NCBI RefSeq assembly: GCF_006345805.1
Contig: NC_042997.1
Location: 125,488,001-125,552,000 of the forward strand
Origin: Octopus sinensis
Lineage: Eukaryota
Length of the DNA stretch: 64,000 nt
Direction: 5' to 3'
Shown: positions 42,251 to 56,298 of the stretch, piece after piece
How the letters are laid out: every line of letters begins with the position of its first letter
How positions within the stretch are numbered: the stretch's first letter is position 1
Program-made: the position numbers and the translations under genes
The notes under the pieces: model-generated
Databases searched by the model: none
Told to the model about the DNA's origin: nothing
What the model saw: the letters and a program-made list of their open reading frames with translations, nothing else

Positions 42251-42765
42251 AATTGATTTTTGTAATTCATTCCTATGTAAGCATCGTTCGGGCATACCAG
42301 CAATTGGATTTTCAACCATTTTACATTTAGTCATGGGCGGGCATTTCAGTGTAACTCCGGTACGGTTCAGGTATTTGATGTTTGTAAGCCACAAAAATGG
42401 TGAAACATTGATATCCATTGCTCCTGAATGAGTCTTGGGTTAGCTATCTCGTCTGTCTATGACTATAAATTTGAGAGAGTCATCTTTGAGGGAGTTATCT
42501 CTTTGAGTGAGTCATCTCAGCCGACCGGTGAACAAGCAAAGCACATATATCGTGCATGTATGTTCGATAATGTTTACAACATACGTGCTGCTTCTAATTC
42601 ATATTTTTAATTCTTTTCTCGGTGGATTTCATATTCGTTTCTCTTTTTCCATCTGTAACTTTATTTTTTATCTTCTATATAAATGAAGATATTTCATCCG
42701 TCAGGCTGCTTTTCTTTCAACAAAACGAGAAGTTACATTGCAGAGCTATTATTTTAACGAGTTGT

Positions 42766-42887
42766 ATTTATTTATCACCCGAAGAGACACATCTGCACCG
42801 AAGGATGCTCCTGAACCAGGTGTTGAGTGTCCCACCCATGAGAGATCGATGCTAGACATTTCGAAACAATTGTTGTGATTAATAAAT
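42766..42887 (+). ncRNA. Degenerate type I HHR with long stem II insert
   Basis: atttatttatcac-CCGAAGA-...-c-GAAA-caattg-TT-gtgattaataaat (12/13 stem I pairs); 35 bp upstream of (TA)n. Confidence 0.55.
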
Positions 42888-42945
42888 TCTCGTATATTCC
42901 ATCTTCCATCTTTCATTGGCCATATATATATATATATATATATAT

Positions 42946-43350
42946 TACTCTTTAATCTTACTCTTTTACTTGGTTCAGTCATTTGGCTTCGGTCATGCTG
43001 GAGCACCACCTTTAGTCGAATAAAATTGACCCCAGGACTTATTCTTTGTAAGCCTAGTACTTATTCTATCGGTCTCTTTTTGCCGAACTGCTAAGTTACG
43101 GGGACGTAGACACACCAGCATCGGTTGTCAAGCAATGGTGGGGGGACAGACACAGACAACAAACACATACATACATATATATATACATATAGATATATAT
43201 ACGACGGGCTTCTTTCAGTTTCCGTCTACCAAATCCACTCACAAGGCTTTGGTCGGTCCGAGGGTATAGCAGAAGACACTTGCCCAAGGTGCCACGCAGC
43301 GGGACTGGTTGGTAATCAAGATACTTACCACACAACCAGTCCTGCGCCTA
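42946..43350 (-). mobile_element. SINE A
   Basis: Family match. Confidence 0.88.
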
Positions 43351-46119
43351 CTGGTGTCGATTTGTTCCATTAAATCCCTTCTAGGTGGGGGAGCTCGGCA
43401 TGGCCGCAATCCAGTAATTGCAGTAAGTAAAAGAAAAACAAAAGATTACCCGCTCACAAAGATTCTTTTAAATTTGTACAGTCATCAGTATTCATAAACT
43501 AAAATCCAATACATCCTCTCTAAATCTCCGCTGGTAGGAGGTAAAACTATGATTCACCGATGAGGTTTAATAAGACTGGAACCTGACTGGAGTTACCATA
43601 TTACTGCCAAAGATTAAACTCACGTCTCACTGCAATCTATTGTTAATTCATTTTAATTAATTTAATTACTCTGACTTGAATGCTATTATTAATCAAGTTA
43701 TTTTCTTATTATCATGAATGTAAGTCTACTTAAAATGTCTTGCTTGTCTACATTGAGTGAATTAACTACCATTTTACTCATATTCTATCCATTAGGATGT
43801 TACTGTTCACTAAAACATCACATCGATATGATTATTTGGAGAGATTTATGAAGAGTGTTTATTCAAATATCTGTGAGATGCGATACTGACACATCACCGA
43901 TATTACAAAGTAGATGCAATGGTCACACCATTTATTTGTAAGTATGTGCATGCAAAAATACCACAAGTACATACCACGCATACAATACATACACACACAC
44001 ACACACACACACACATACACACACACACACAATACACAAACACAAATACGTACACAGAGGCTCACATACACACTCACACGTGAACACAACCTTCCAAACA
44101 GAAATTTAATAGCCACGTTTTATCGACAGAGATAAAGTTAATAGCCACACTAAATATATATCTGTACACACAAATTTCTAACTAAACAATTATCTATCAT
44201 ATAATATCTCTCCCTCTCCCCCTCCTTCCTCCTTTCTCACCTCTTTCTTCCCCACCCCTCTCTCTATCTATCTATCTGTCGATCTACCTGTCTGCTTGTC
44301 TCTTTCTATCTCTATCTCTTTCTATAAACATACCTACACACATCGCTTCAGAAGCAGTAGGTATATGCGTATGATTCTATCTGTGCGTTCGTCCTAGCAT
44401 CTGTGTACGGCTGTGTACACAGTGACTTCATCGGAATTAACACCGTATCAATAGCATTACTGACATCTAATCAATAGATGAAAAGTCAGTCACCCATGGC
44501 TCATCATAAGTCTATCGAAATGAGAATCTAGAATCAATCCACATATCAAATTCCCATCGAATTTCGACCGATTTGAAACGCTTGTCGGCTGATTTCCATT
44601 AATTTGTTCAGTGTCTCTACGGAAAAGCTAATCCTAGTGTACTGTTGGATGCACACATCTAACAAACTGTTAATACCAACCTGTCTGTGTGAGTATGTTT
44701 AATGATCCCTGATGTTAACACTGCGATAATGCTCTCATTTGACATCACGAGGTACAATCGTTTCCCTGTGTAAAGAGAAAGTTACAGTATTTTCACAATA
44801 CGTTGGAGAGGGGGCATTTTGTTTGAACATTTTCAGATTTATTCAGTATTTTATACTGTTTTGCGTACGTTTGGTTTGTAGATAAGGTTTTTGATAAGAG
44901 GAGGTAAGGTTTGTGCTTGATTATTTTGTTGTGGTTTCTTTTATTTGATGGGGTATGGGGATCAATCAAAGGCAAAACATTGACCATTGAAGGAAAAGGT
45001 TTTAGACGAAATGGCTGAGAAAAAAATTAAATGAAATTTGTAGCATTTATAGGCAACGATTGAAATATGTTTTCTACGGCTTGAAGGGTATATTTTACAA
45101 TAAATGGTTATTCATAATGATGTACTGATTGTAGATAGCATGATGGATAGTTGAGAAGGAGATGAATGGCGAGAAAGTGGGAGCGAGAAAGAAAGAGTGT
45201 TGTGCGTGTGAGAGAGAGAGACAGGAACATATACATTGTATACAGATACACAATTTCATGATTCATCTCATGGATGCACTACAATGCATCATCAGTTATG
45301 TCTCGGGAGGCTTAGTGTAGTTCAGATCTTTCAAATCAGAGAACTCGCTTAGTTGACACAGATGGGGACCATAAAGTTCTAATTTTCAGGCCCGTATTCT
45401 CTGCAACTTTAGCAATGGAAATTTCTCAATGAAAATTTCACAAGACAGTCAGTCGCCCGCTGACACTCGTTGACGCTACATCGAAGAGGCCAGGGAACAG
45501 AAGAAAGAAGAAGAAAGAAGACATGCATCCAACACCAGAGCTGAAGACACCTCCAAAAGAAGGGGCGTCAAAACGGTAGAGGAGTAGGGGCCGAAACCGG
45601 ACGTGGTTCCTCCTGATGATGTCTTGAGCTAACTGGATCATATAAAGGAGCTGCTGTGGTAACAGACCACGAAACACGGTTGAAATTCCTATGGCCACTC
45701 CTAACTGTACCAATAACTTTAAGTCCAGTCTCCGCTTTGCAAAGTAAACCCCTCATAAAACCCTGTCAGCATGCCTCAATGGTTTGGCAACCCACAAGCC
45801 AGCATTGGTGTTTACATTGCTCTAACAACCCTTTGTATTTGGAAAACTTTCTCTCATGGGCCCCACCCTGTATTCCTCCAAGGCACAGTCAGTTCCTAAC
45901 ATGGTTATATGTTTGGAGGGATAACTATGTCTGGGTAGAGTATCGTTAGCAAAGTTCAAGTGCATAATATTTCCATAAGGAAATCCATTACATTTGGTTG
46001 CAAAGGTTTAATGAATTTAGTGATTTTAATTAGATCAGATATGACATAGCACTCCAATATTCTCCAGCGAGTAAACTATAATGTGTGTAACAAATATACA
46101 TCACTAATATAAAGTATGT

Positions 46120-46328
46120 TCTTTTATTCGCTTATTGGTTTCGGTCATTTTACTGCGGTCACACTGAAGCACCGCCTTTAGTCCAACAAATCGACCCCAG
46201 GATTTACACTTTGTAAGCCTAGTACTTATTCTATTGGTCTCTTTTGCTGAACCGTTAAGTTATGGGGATGTAAACACACCAACATCTGTTGTCAAGCGAT
46301 AGTGGGGGAGACAAACATAGACACACAA

Positions 46329-46388
<60 letters not shown>

Positions 46389-46540
46389 GAAGAGCTTCTT
46401 TCAGTTTCCGTCTACCAAATGCACTCACAAGGCTTTGGTTGGCCCGAGGCTACCGTAGAAGGCATTTGCCGAAGGTACTACGTAGTGAGACTGAACACGG
46501 AACCATGTGTTTGAGAAGCAAGCTTCTTAACACGCTGCCA
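46120..46540 (-). mobile_element. SINE A
   Basis: Family match. Confidence 0.85.
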
Positions 46541-47042
46541 TCTTGTGTCGTACTTCAAGAACAACAAAGTGTACTGAAAAAAATAGTACTAAAATTCCTG
46601 GAACCTACCGTGATACCATGCTACAGAAGTGGTTGCAGATATTAAATATACACACACATATAAAAAATGTACGCACACACATACACATACACATGAGAAT
46701 GCTGTAAGGTGATGCACAGGAACACAGATCTCAGTGTGCTGCACCTTATTGAAGAAACAGCCGTAGGTTAATGAAGTTGTTTACATAATTTCAGTTCCCA
46801 TGTCATATATTTAATTTCATGCTGCGCTCTATACTCGTCAGACCCTTTATTCTGAAGCTTTATTCTGGGTTCTAATACCAGATTATTAGTGTCGCTGTGT
46901 CTAATTGATATCTTAAAATGCGTGTGTATGTGTGTGTGTACGATAAAATTTGGTGCACGATGACGACAAAGGAGCACATGGAAAACACAAAAGAAGTACG
47001 TCCATCCTTCATTAATTATCGACCATAAATCGTCATAATTTC

Positions 47043-47151
<109 letters not shown>

Positions 47152-47154
47152 AGT

Positions 47155-47227
<73 letters not shown>

Positions 47228-47819
47228 TTAAGAACCACACAAAGTGATTTAATAAAGCAGTTTTATTGCTTGCTCACTTTATTTTTATTTTTGCTCTGTT
47301 TTTGTATTTTGTCTCTTAAATTTTCGAGTTCAGAGAACTCTTTTCAGAAGTGAATTTAACAGAACATGAATGACTAAAAGAAAGAAAACATATAATGAAG
47401 TAGACAGACATCTCGTCTGTCGAAGGCCGGAGAGCAACTGACATACTCAAAGTAGAAGCAGCATGTCGAAACTTCCCACTAATCAGACGAACTGTCAGAT
47501 GAACGGCAAAGTTTGCTTTCTCGGAGATGGCAAAGGAAATCGGTCGATCAAAGAGAAATACAAAGGATTGCCTCGAATTCATCTTGTTGGGTGTGATTGC
47601 TATATGATGGTGTCGTTCCAAGTTAATTTGATACATTGTATCAAGTGAAACATTAACAGATATGAAAGTCAATGTGACGTAATGCAACATATTTTATAGT
47701 TATATATATGCGTCTCAAATCTTGCTATATATATACATATATATACTATCTGTATTTCTCTTTCTCTCTCCCTCTCCTTCTCTCCCTCTCCCTCTCTCCC
47801 TCTCTCCCTCTCCCCCTCT

Positions 47820-47970
47820 AATCCAAACATGAACAAAGAGAAAACAAAACAACGCGAGGACGTGGAACAAGTATAGTATTATTGGACGGTCAGGAAATGA
47901 AAGAAAGGAGGATTTAACGTTTTGAGCGGAGCTCTTCGTCAGAAATAGAGAAAGAAAATCGCCAAGATAT
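47820..47970 (-). mobile_element. Short Penelope-like fragment with minimal HHR at 47912-47946
   Basis: attt-CTGACGA-agagc-tcc-gctc-AAAA-cg-TT-aaat; homologous to 52040-52245. Confidence 0.6.
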
Positions 47971-48132
47971 ATGTATATATATATATATATAGCATATATC
48001 ATATACCATTTAAATCTGCTTATGGTAACGTTCACAATATGCCGATAGAGCTCCTATTCCGTAACGCCGTCTACCGCCTAATTACACTGACTAGCGATTC
48101 AGTTTTACGGTGTTGCATCAAGTTATACATAC

Positions 48133-48188
<56 letters not shown>

Positions 48189-48544
48189 ATAACATAGGAT
48201 GTGTGTATGTTTGTGCGTTTGTCATGACGTTAAAACTCAACATCCGCCAATTTTACACACACATTACATAAGATCTGTGGAGTGGCATGGGCCAAAAATT
48301 TTCAGCTTCTTGCCTGATCTGGACCCAAAGGCAAATAAGCTGCATTTTTAAGCATTTTCGCAGCGTTAAGGACCGTAACTTGAAGAGTATCTAGTCGCTT
48401 TCCTCCAAATTTGCAACAAACATTAATCAGGCTCCTCCAATTGCTGTTGATTAAAAAAAAATTCCGACGCCGACTATGGGTCCCACCAAAATGAAGATTA
48501 ATCAGATTTTAGTATACTAGCCCATTTTCCGACGATAAAATATT

Positions 48545-48937
48545 CTTTTCTACTCTAGGCACAAGGCCTGAAATATTTGGGGAGGAAGCCAGTCGATTAG
48601 ATCGACCCCAGTACGCTACTGCTACTTAATTTATCGACCCCGAAAGGATGAAAGGCAAAGTAAAAACAGACGAAATATCACTAAGCATTTCGCCCGACAT
48701 GCTAACGTTTCTTATTTCTTTATTGCGCACAAGGGGCTAAACATAGAGGGGACAAACAAGGACAAACAAAGGGATTAAGTCGTTTACATCGACCCCAGTG
48801 CGTAACTGGTACTTAATTTATCGACCCCGAAAGGATGAAAGGCAAAGTCGACCTCAGCGGAATTTGAACTCAGAACGTAACGGCAGACGAAATCCCGCTA
48901 AGTATTTCGCCCGGTGTGCTAATGTTTCTGCCAGCTC
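48545..48937 (-). mobile_element. SINE family B composite with ~15-bp TSD
   Basis: cgacgataaaatatt / cgacgaaaaaatatt flank the element. Confidence 0.88.
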
Positions 48938-49569
48938 GACGAAAAAATATTGACACTACTTATACATTATAAGTAGCGTAGGAAGAGGAAACGAGAAGAA
49001 CATTAAACTTTTGTCGGCGCCCAGTTGGTGCTTCATGTTACCATCCCGCGCACCACCGAGCCATGTGTGCGGCCGGGTAAAGGCACAACAAACCCATTCA
49101 TCCATTCTCCAGAAGTGCCCTGTTGATGTTTCACGTTTCCAATCCTGTGCAACGCAGCATGGCTCGGCAGCATGTCTGCTTTCTATGTCTGAACTATATA
49201 ATTCAGAATGTTCATACCAAAAGACAAACTATTGTTGTGACTCACAGCCATTTGAATTTGACCGCGTGACCACTTCCGGAAGCTACGCTCGCCACCTGCG
49301 ATTTGTCCTCTTCCTGTGTTCCTTCCCCCGTTTAGTCGGACGAGTAAATACAGGGTATCCCAGAATTAATGATGATTTCAGTGAAATCAGTTGCATTTTT
49401 TAAAACTCACTTTTATGTTTATCATGTTTCATATGTGTTAAAAGGGTATCAATTTTGAATTTTGTCTATAATTTTATTTTCATTCCTGTTGGACCCCTCT
49501 TATTTGTCCATGACAGCTTCTTTACAATTTGGCAGCAATCATTTTCTTTACCTCCATCCCCACGATGGA

Positions 49570-49757
49570 GCAATCGTTTAGCTGAGCTTTTAGTCGAACG
49601 AATTGATCCTAATACTTATTTTTTAAAACCTGGTACTTATTCTATCGGTCTTTTTGCGAACCGCTACGTAACGAGAAATTAAACAAACCAACACCGGATA
49701 TTCAGCCGAGGTGGGGGACAAACACAAGCACAATGACATATATTTATATATATATAT

Positions 49758-49813
<56 letters not shown>

Positions 49814-50243
49814 TATATATATATAGGCACAGGAGTGGCTGTGTGGTAAGACGCTTGCTCCCCAACCACATGGTTCTGGGTTCAGAACTTCTAGTATAGC
49901 CTCAGGCCCACAAGAGCCTTGTAAGTAAATATGATAGACGGAAACGAAAAGAAGCCCGTCGTATACATATATGTATATATATATATATATATATATGTAT
50001 TTGTTATTTGCGTCTGTGTTTGTTTCCTCTCCATCGTTTGACAACGAATGTTGGTGTGTCCCCGGCACTTAGCGGTTCGGCAAAAAGAGACCGCTAGAAT
50101 AAGTACTAGGCTTACAATGAATAAGCCCTGGGGTCGGTTTGTTCGACTAAATGTGGTGCTCCAGCATGGAGGCAGTCAAATGACTGAAACAAGTATATGT
50201 AAAAAAAAGAAAGTATATGTAAACGTATACATATAAATATACA

Positions 50244-50301
<58 letters not shown>

Positions 50302-50420
50302 CAACGTAGTTCCGGGTTCAGTCCCATTGCGTGGCACCTTGGGAAAGAGTTTTCTACTATAGCCGCGGCCGACCTTGTGACTGGATTTACTAGAGGGAAA
50401 TTGAAAGGAGACTGTCGTAT
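49570..50420. mobile_element. Cluster of SINE A pieces in both orientations
   Basis: Minus 3' half ~49570-49735, plus copy ~49825-50195, plus head fragment ~50305-50420. Confidence 0.8.
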
Positions 50421-51495
50421 TTATATATCTAACAAATAAGTAACAAGGATGTCCAAGTATTAGTAAATTACGGCTCTGTTTCAAGCGGCTCCATTTAATC
50501 GATCAATGCAAGCATTACATCAACCTGAAATAACTCGCTTTCCTTGGATGCATTAGACCATATAGGTTTTCAACATACAGGACACTGAATTATAATTTTT
50601 TTAGCAAATTTCTCATCGGAACTAGAGAATAAAAGAATAACATGCTTATTGCTATTACTGTAGCTGAATGAACTTTGAGAGAGAATACATAAAGCCTTCT
50701 GTAATTTGGAGTGACAGAAGCGAATAACAATGGGGATCAAGAAATTGTAATGTAGCCACATTCATCTTTCTCTTTATCACAATCAAAGGATTCAATGCAG
50801 CTAGTATTCTACATCCACTTAGAATTAATGCCACTGGAGAGTGACAGTTAAGTTCTTGCTGCTGGTGATAAATTAATTAACGTCAGACGCTCTTCCCTAT
50901 AAATTCACCATGACTACATAAAAGAACATGCCTCAGAAGATGTCAGCAAGGTAATGGTATACATCCAGAAAGAGGAAGGTCAGGGGTGCTTTACACTATA
51001 TTATGATTATCAATTAAAAAGGGTCTAAAATAGAAAACAAAGGAGGTCACAATGAGATCTAAGTTAGGGTAGAGGAGAAAGATATCTAAAGTTAGCAAAA
51101 TTTATATACTATTACATTTTGTATATTAGATAGTAAAATTTGGAAAGGGTTTTAAGGACCAAGTAAGAGAAGAAGGGCAGATAAACCAATCCAAGCCTCC
51201 AAAAATGGGGTACAATTATATAAAATAGAAACCTCATAATGTTTCATCCTAGCATATTGTTAAGGAGGTCATGATAAAATTATTCAACAGTGAACCTATT
51301 ATTAAATTCAGATTTCATCCGAGAAAGCGTACACATTTTCTATTGACTGAAAACCAAAGATTAAGGGCAAAACAATACGATAATCAATTCTATAACAGAT
51401 ACACCTTTTTAAAAACCTTGAAAAAATTTAATTATATAAAAAGTTTTCAACATTATGAAAATGCCTTAAAGGATATAAAAAGATATAAAAATACT

Positions 51496-51537
<42 letters not shown>

Positions 51538-51539
<2 letters not shown>

Positions 51540-51983
51540 GCCTCCTAGGGCTATACAACGGTGGTGTGCCCCCTACTGTCACGTTCTTGTTAGATTGACA
51601 GTATACAACCATTCTATCGCCCCACCACCGTACATGTCTCTACGAGAGATTTAGAAATTCAATATTTCTTATTTTGATAATCAGTGAATAAACTTCACTG
51701 AGTATACATATATACAATTATGAAGTCGAGGCAAATATCACCAGCCGGCCGGTGTCTGCTACTCTAGACCGATGAAGGACAATGATCCTGAAACACGGTG
51801 TCCCTAGATGCAGTTCCGGCGGCCGGGGGTGTTTGTCTCCCCTTCGTATAAGTATATAAGGACAGAGGGAAAGAAATGTGTCGAAGCTATCAGGAGGCGT
51901 TCGATGCCTCCTAGGGCTATACAACGGTGGTGTACCCCCTACTGTCACGTTCTTGTTAGATTGACAGTATACAACCATTCTAT
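51538..51983 (+). mobile_element. Terminally redundant HHR-bearing non-coding element (retrozyme-like), 366-bp period
   Basis: 80-bp direct repeats 51538-51617 and 51904-51983 (1 mismatch), (TA)n on both sides, central HHR. Confidence 0.75.
51728..51839 (+). ncRNA. Type I HHR with extended stem I
   Basis: tctaga-CCGATGA-agga(caatga)tcct-GAAA-cacggtg-TC-cctaga; outer pairing gaggcaaatatc/ggtgtttgtctc with GU pairs; GTC site at 51800-51802. Confidence 0.75.
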
Positions 51984-51994
51984 ATATATATATT

Positions 51995-52028
<34 letters not shown>

Positions 52029-52039
52029 ACCTCGTGAGT

Positions 52040-52243
52040 ACCGTTGGCGATTTTTTTTCCTCTGTCTTCCCTTCTCGGGATCTTTCCTTCTCCTATGTTT
52101 CCGACGAAGAGCTCCGCTCAAAACGTTAAACCTTCCTTCTTCCCTTCTTTCCTGAGCGTCCAACAATACTATATTTGTTCCACGTCCTCGCGTTGTTGTG
52201 TTTTTTTGTTTTTTTTTTTGTGTGTTTTCTTGTTTGGATTAAC

Positions 52244-52245
<2 letters not shown>
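52040..52245 (+). mobile_element. Short Penelope-like fragment with minimal HHR at 52097-52131
   Basis: gttt-CCGACGA-agagc-tcc-gctc-AAAA-cg-TT-aaac. Confidence 0.6.
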
Positions 52246-52279
<34 letters not shown>

Positions 52280-52679
52280 ATATATATACACGTATATTTT
52301 GTTTTTTACTGTCTATATTTTTGTACTGTCGTTACTGTCTCGTTTTTTTACCATTCTTTACCCCTCTGCGAAAAGATCTCAGAATTTTAATTGATTTGCT
52401 TTTCGCAGGAAGGAAAGTTTCTTGTCGAAGATACGTCTCGCTTTTATCCTTCGAAACGTAGAGTAGATGAAACCTTAGCGACTGAAGAAGGGGTTTTTTC
52501 GTTGTTTTGTTGTTTTTAAAAAAATGTCCTGTTCCTTTGGTTTGTGTCTATGTTTTCGTTTCTCTATGTGTTCGACGTCCCTTTGGTGTCCTGTACTCAT
52601 ATATGCGTGTATATGTACATGTAGAGGTAGGTACGTACATATATGTTTATATATACGCATATGTTTTATTTCTTTTATT

Positions 52680-52852
52680 AATATATATATATATATACAT
52701 GCATACGTAGACATAAATACATACATACATGTATACATACATGCATGCATACATACATATATACATACATGCCTACATTCATACATACATATATACATAT
52801 ATGCATACATACATGCATACATACATACATATATACATGTATGCATGCAACA

Positions 52853-52886
<34 letters not shown>

Positions 52887-53420
52887 CATAGATGCGTACA
52901 TGCATACATACATATATACATACATATATACATACATGCAAGCATACACACATACATGCATACATGCATGCTTACACTTATGCATACATACATATATTCA
53001 TACATACATGCATACATACATACATATATACATACATACGTGCATACAAACATACATATATACATACATGCATATATATACATACATGCATACATACATA
53101 TATATATATATACATACATATATATATATACATACATACATACATACATAACATACGTAGATACATACATACATAATCATGGTTTCTATGCAATTGCATA
53201 TGTGCCTATATGCACATATTTTCAGTTTCGAGTATGGAGTCTTCTTACTCGTGCTTACGAAACAAAAACAAAATCCCTATACACAAATAAAGCCACACAT
53301 ACATACATACATACATACATACATACATACATACATACATACATACATACATACATACATACATACATACATACATACATGTATAAATGTATTTGTACAT
53401 GTATATATGTATGTATGCAC
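52680..53420. repeat. Complex TACA/TGCA/TA microsatellite
   Basis: Directly visible; source of the 338-aa and 231-aa pseudo-ORFs. Confidence 0.95.
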
Positions 53421-54038
53421 GCTTGTATGAAAGCGAGTGAGAGAAAGGGAGAGAATGCGAGAAGGGCATATATACATATATACGTTCTTAAATATATCGG
53501 TAAAGACTATATCGTTGGATATTGCCATACGCGAGTGTAGGACAATAAACCACGTACAAACAACAAGTCTTGTAATAATTGCTGGTGTAAGTTAATAACA
53601 TGACTGAAAAATCCAATAATCTCCACTGAACAATCCATTAGCGAGATGGATGGTAATCATTTTTTTTACGTCACGTGTCTATGATCCGCATGATAAAAAT
53701 GTTACACATCGCTTCCTGTTTTTTTACGTGTGATTAAATAAGTTATATTACTATCTGAACGAACAATGTGGCTTGGTGACGATCAGTTCCTCGGAGCGTG
53801 TCCCTAAAAAAAATATGTTCGTCTCAATAGACAGACACACGCACGCATTCACACACACGCGCGCACACACGCACACATACACAAAAAAGCATACATACAC
53901 TCACGAACGCTCACACTCAGAATTTGATATGTTGTATTACATCTAAATTTATATATATACACATGACTAGTATAAATACTTATATATGTGTGTGTGTATG
54001 TCTGTATGTATGTATGTACGTACGTATACATATTTGGT

Positions 54039-54119
<81 letters not shown>

Positions 54120-54158
54120 TGCCATGCGTAAGTATTTGTGTGGTATGTGTGTGTATAA

Positions 54159-54201
<43 letters not shown>

Positions 54202-54289
54202 GTGTGTGTGTATATACATTCATCGTTTGTAATGTAGAGAAACATGTTGCCGAATCGATAGTTTTACTCCTGAGAACAAACTAACTATT

Positions 54290-54960
54290 GATAACATTTT
54301 CCGCCAGAGGCGCTACGTTCTGTCTACAGAAGTACTCGACTCTCAAATCTTCCGAATCACCTTACGTTTAAAGTTTGTCTGAAACTCACCGTGCTATAAA
54401 TAGGAGACAATACGAAATGCTGCGGATTGTTTATGGATTAAATTGAGTAAGCCGAACATCTATTTTTTCGCAATCACAAAAAGCCAGGCAAACTAAGGCC
54501 GCCGGGATGCTCAAAATGGTCCCCTTTTTTCTACAGCAAGGGCACCATCTACACCCACTGGGCTGTCTCTTGCTAGATGGTCAACAAAGAGTAATTTGTG
54601 GAAGTTTTGAAGAAGAGATTTCGTCTGAAAAGGCCAGTGCACCTGTACCAGGGCAATACCCCAGTTCACAAATTCATCTGGTAACCACTAGTCAGAAATG
54701 GACATCAAACCACTCCACGGTTCAGACCTTGTTCTCTGTGACTTTTGCTTTTGCCCCAAGTTGAAAATGAAAAGAAAGGAGGCCGAGATGAGGTTCCTGG
54801 ACCCCTTTTCTTTCAAGGACTTCCACGAAGCCTTCACAAAGTAACTGGAACGCTACAAGTACATTGAAGTCAGAGGATCCTACTTTAAAGTAGATTAAAG
54901 TTCTGTACTTATCCGAAAATAATAAACATCTCTCCTAAAAAAGCCTTCTAAAATGCAATT
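54290..54960 (+). mobile_element. Highly decayed mariner-like remnant
   Basis: 3' segment gaacgctacaagtacattgaagtcagaggatcctacttt resembles mariner C-terminus (R..KCI...G.YF); TIRs not resolved. Confidence 0.4.
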
Positions 54961-55027
54961 TGTAGCTTCTCATTACAATGAAGTTTATACATTAGTTGCT
55001 AGTTATACACAAAAAAACCCACAAACG

Positions 55028-55332
55028 TGACCCTTTTCAAGCCTAGCCAGGATCATGGGCCCGGTTTCCCGGTTTCTGTGGCTTATGTGTTCCCCCCAGC
55101 TGGACGGGACTCCAGTCCCTCGCAGCGTTACTCAAGAAACAGGAAAAGAGATTGAGAGAAAGTTGTGGCGAAAGAGTACAACAGGGGTCGCCACTACTCC
55201 CTGCCGGAGCCTCGTGGAGCTTTATAGGTGTTTTCGCTCAATCAACACACACAATGCCGGGTCTGGGAATCGAAACTGCGATCCTCCGACCGCGAGTCCG
55301 CTGGCTTAACCACTGGGCCATTGCGCCTCCAC
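55028..55332 (-). mobile_element. tRNA-Arg-like SINE (OR-type)
   Basis: Minus head gtggaggcgcaatggcccagtgg...gcggactcgcggtc; tail shared with 37816 copies. Confidence 0.85.
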
Positions 55333-55891
55333 AATTATGCACCTAGTTTGATTCAATTAAGCAAAAACTGAAATGAATATTAAAAAACACCAGTCTCCAT
55401 TTTTTTTACTGGTAGCAAAAGGTTTTTGCTTTTCAAGTATCTTGACGCTCTAATGTCAAAGCTATCCTTTCTACAATGAGTAACAATGTAGAAAAGTAGT
55501 GAATTCTCAACACAGCTCTGATTTTTCGAAAATAGTTCTTGAACAATACTCCATGTCAAACTCGCTTTATCTAGAATACAAGTTTCAATTCTAGGATATA
55601 CAAAAATACAGGAAACTCCTACTCTACACAGCAAATATAAATTTGAAATAACTCTATTATTCATTTACATTTCTGTTGTTTTAGCATCTTTTTACATGAA
55701 GTGTCTTCCGGTTTCATTAAAGCTCTTCATAAACCGAAACCATAACGAAGGTTAAGTATGTTTTCATATTTCTTGTAGTGTGTAAATGTAGAGTTGTTAT
55801 AGCATAAGTGGTCACTAGTATACGGTGTTATTAGTTGTCATACACCTGCTCAGTAGAGTCTACAAAATCTACTGTATAACGACGGTTTATA

Positions 55892-56298
55892 TTACTCTCT
55901 TACTCTTTTACTTGTTTCAGTCGTTTGACTGAGGCCATGCTGGAGCACCGCCTGTAGTCGAGCAAATCGACCCCAGGACTTATTCTTTGTAAGCCTAGTA
56001 CTTATTCTATCAGTCTCTTTTGCCGACCCGCTATGTTACGGCGACGTAAACACACCAGCATCGGTTGTCAAGCGATGTTGGGGGGAACAAACACAGCCAC
56101 AGACACACACACAAATATATATATTACATATATACGACGGGCTTCTTTTAGTTTCCGTCTACCAAATCCACTCACAAGGCTTTGGTCGGCCTGAGGCTAA
56201 AGTAGCAGACACTTGCCCAAGGTGCCACGCAGTGGGACTGAACCCGGAACCATGTGGTTGGTAAGCAAGCTACTTACCACACAGCCACTCCAGCGCCT
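55892..56298 (-). mobile_element. SINE A full length
   Basis: Family match. Confidence 0.92.

Noticed and set aside
44790-45000. Possible Penelope ORF fragment (also 50500-51500 and 57200-57550)
   Set aside because: Resemblance too weak to call without a profile search
45440-45950. GC-richer ORFs, possible LINE ORF1 or exon (also 21340-21600 and 49010-49350)
   Set aside because: No diagnostic motif recognised
52475-53540. 338-aa and 231-aa ORFs
   Set aside because: Translations of TACA/TA microsatellite; the same applies to all YI/HT/VC/poly-residue ORFs
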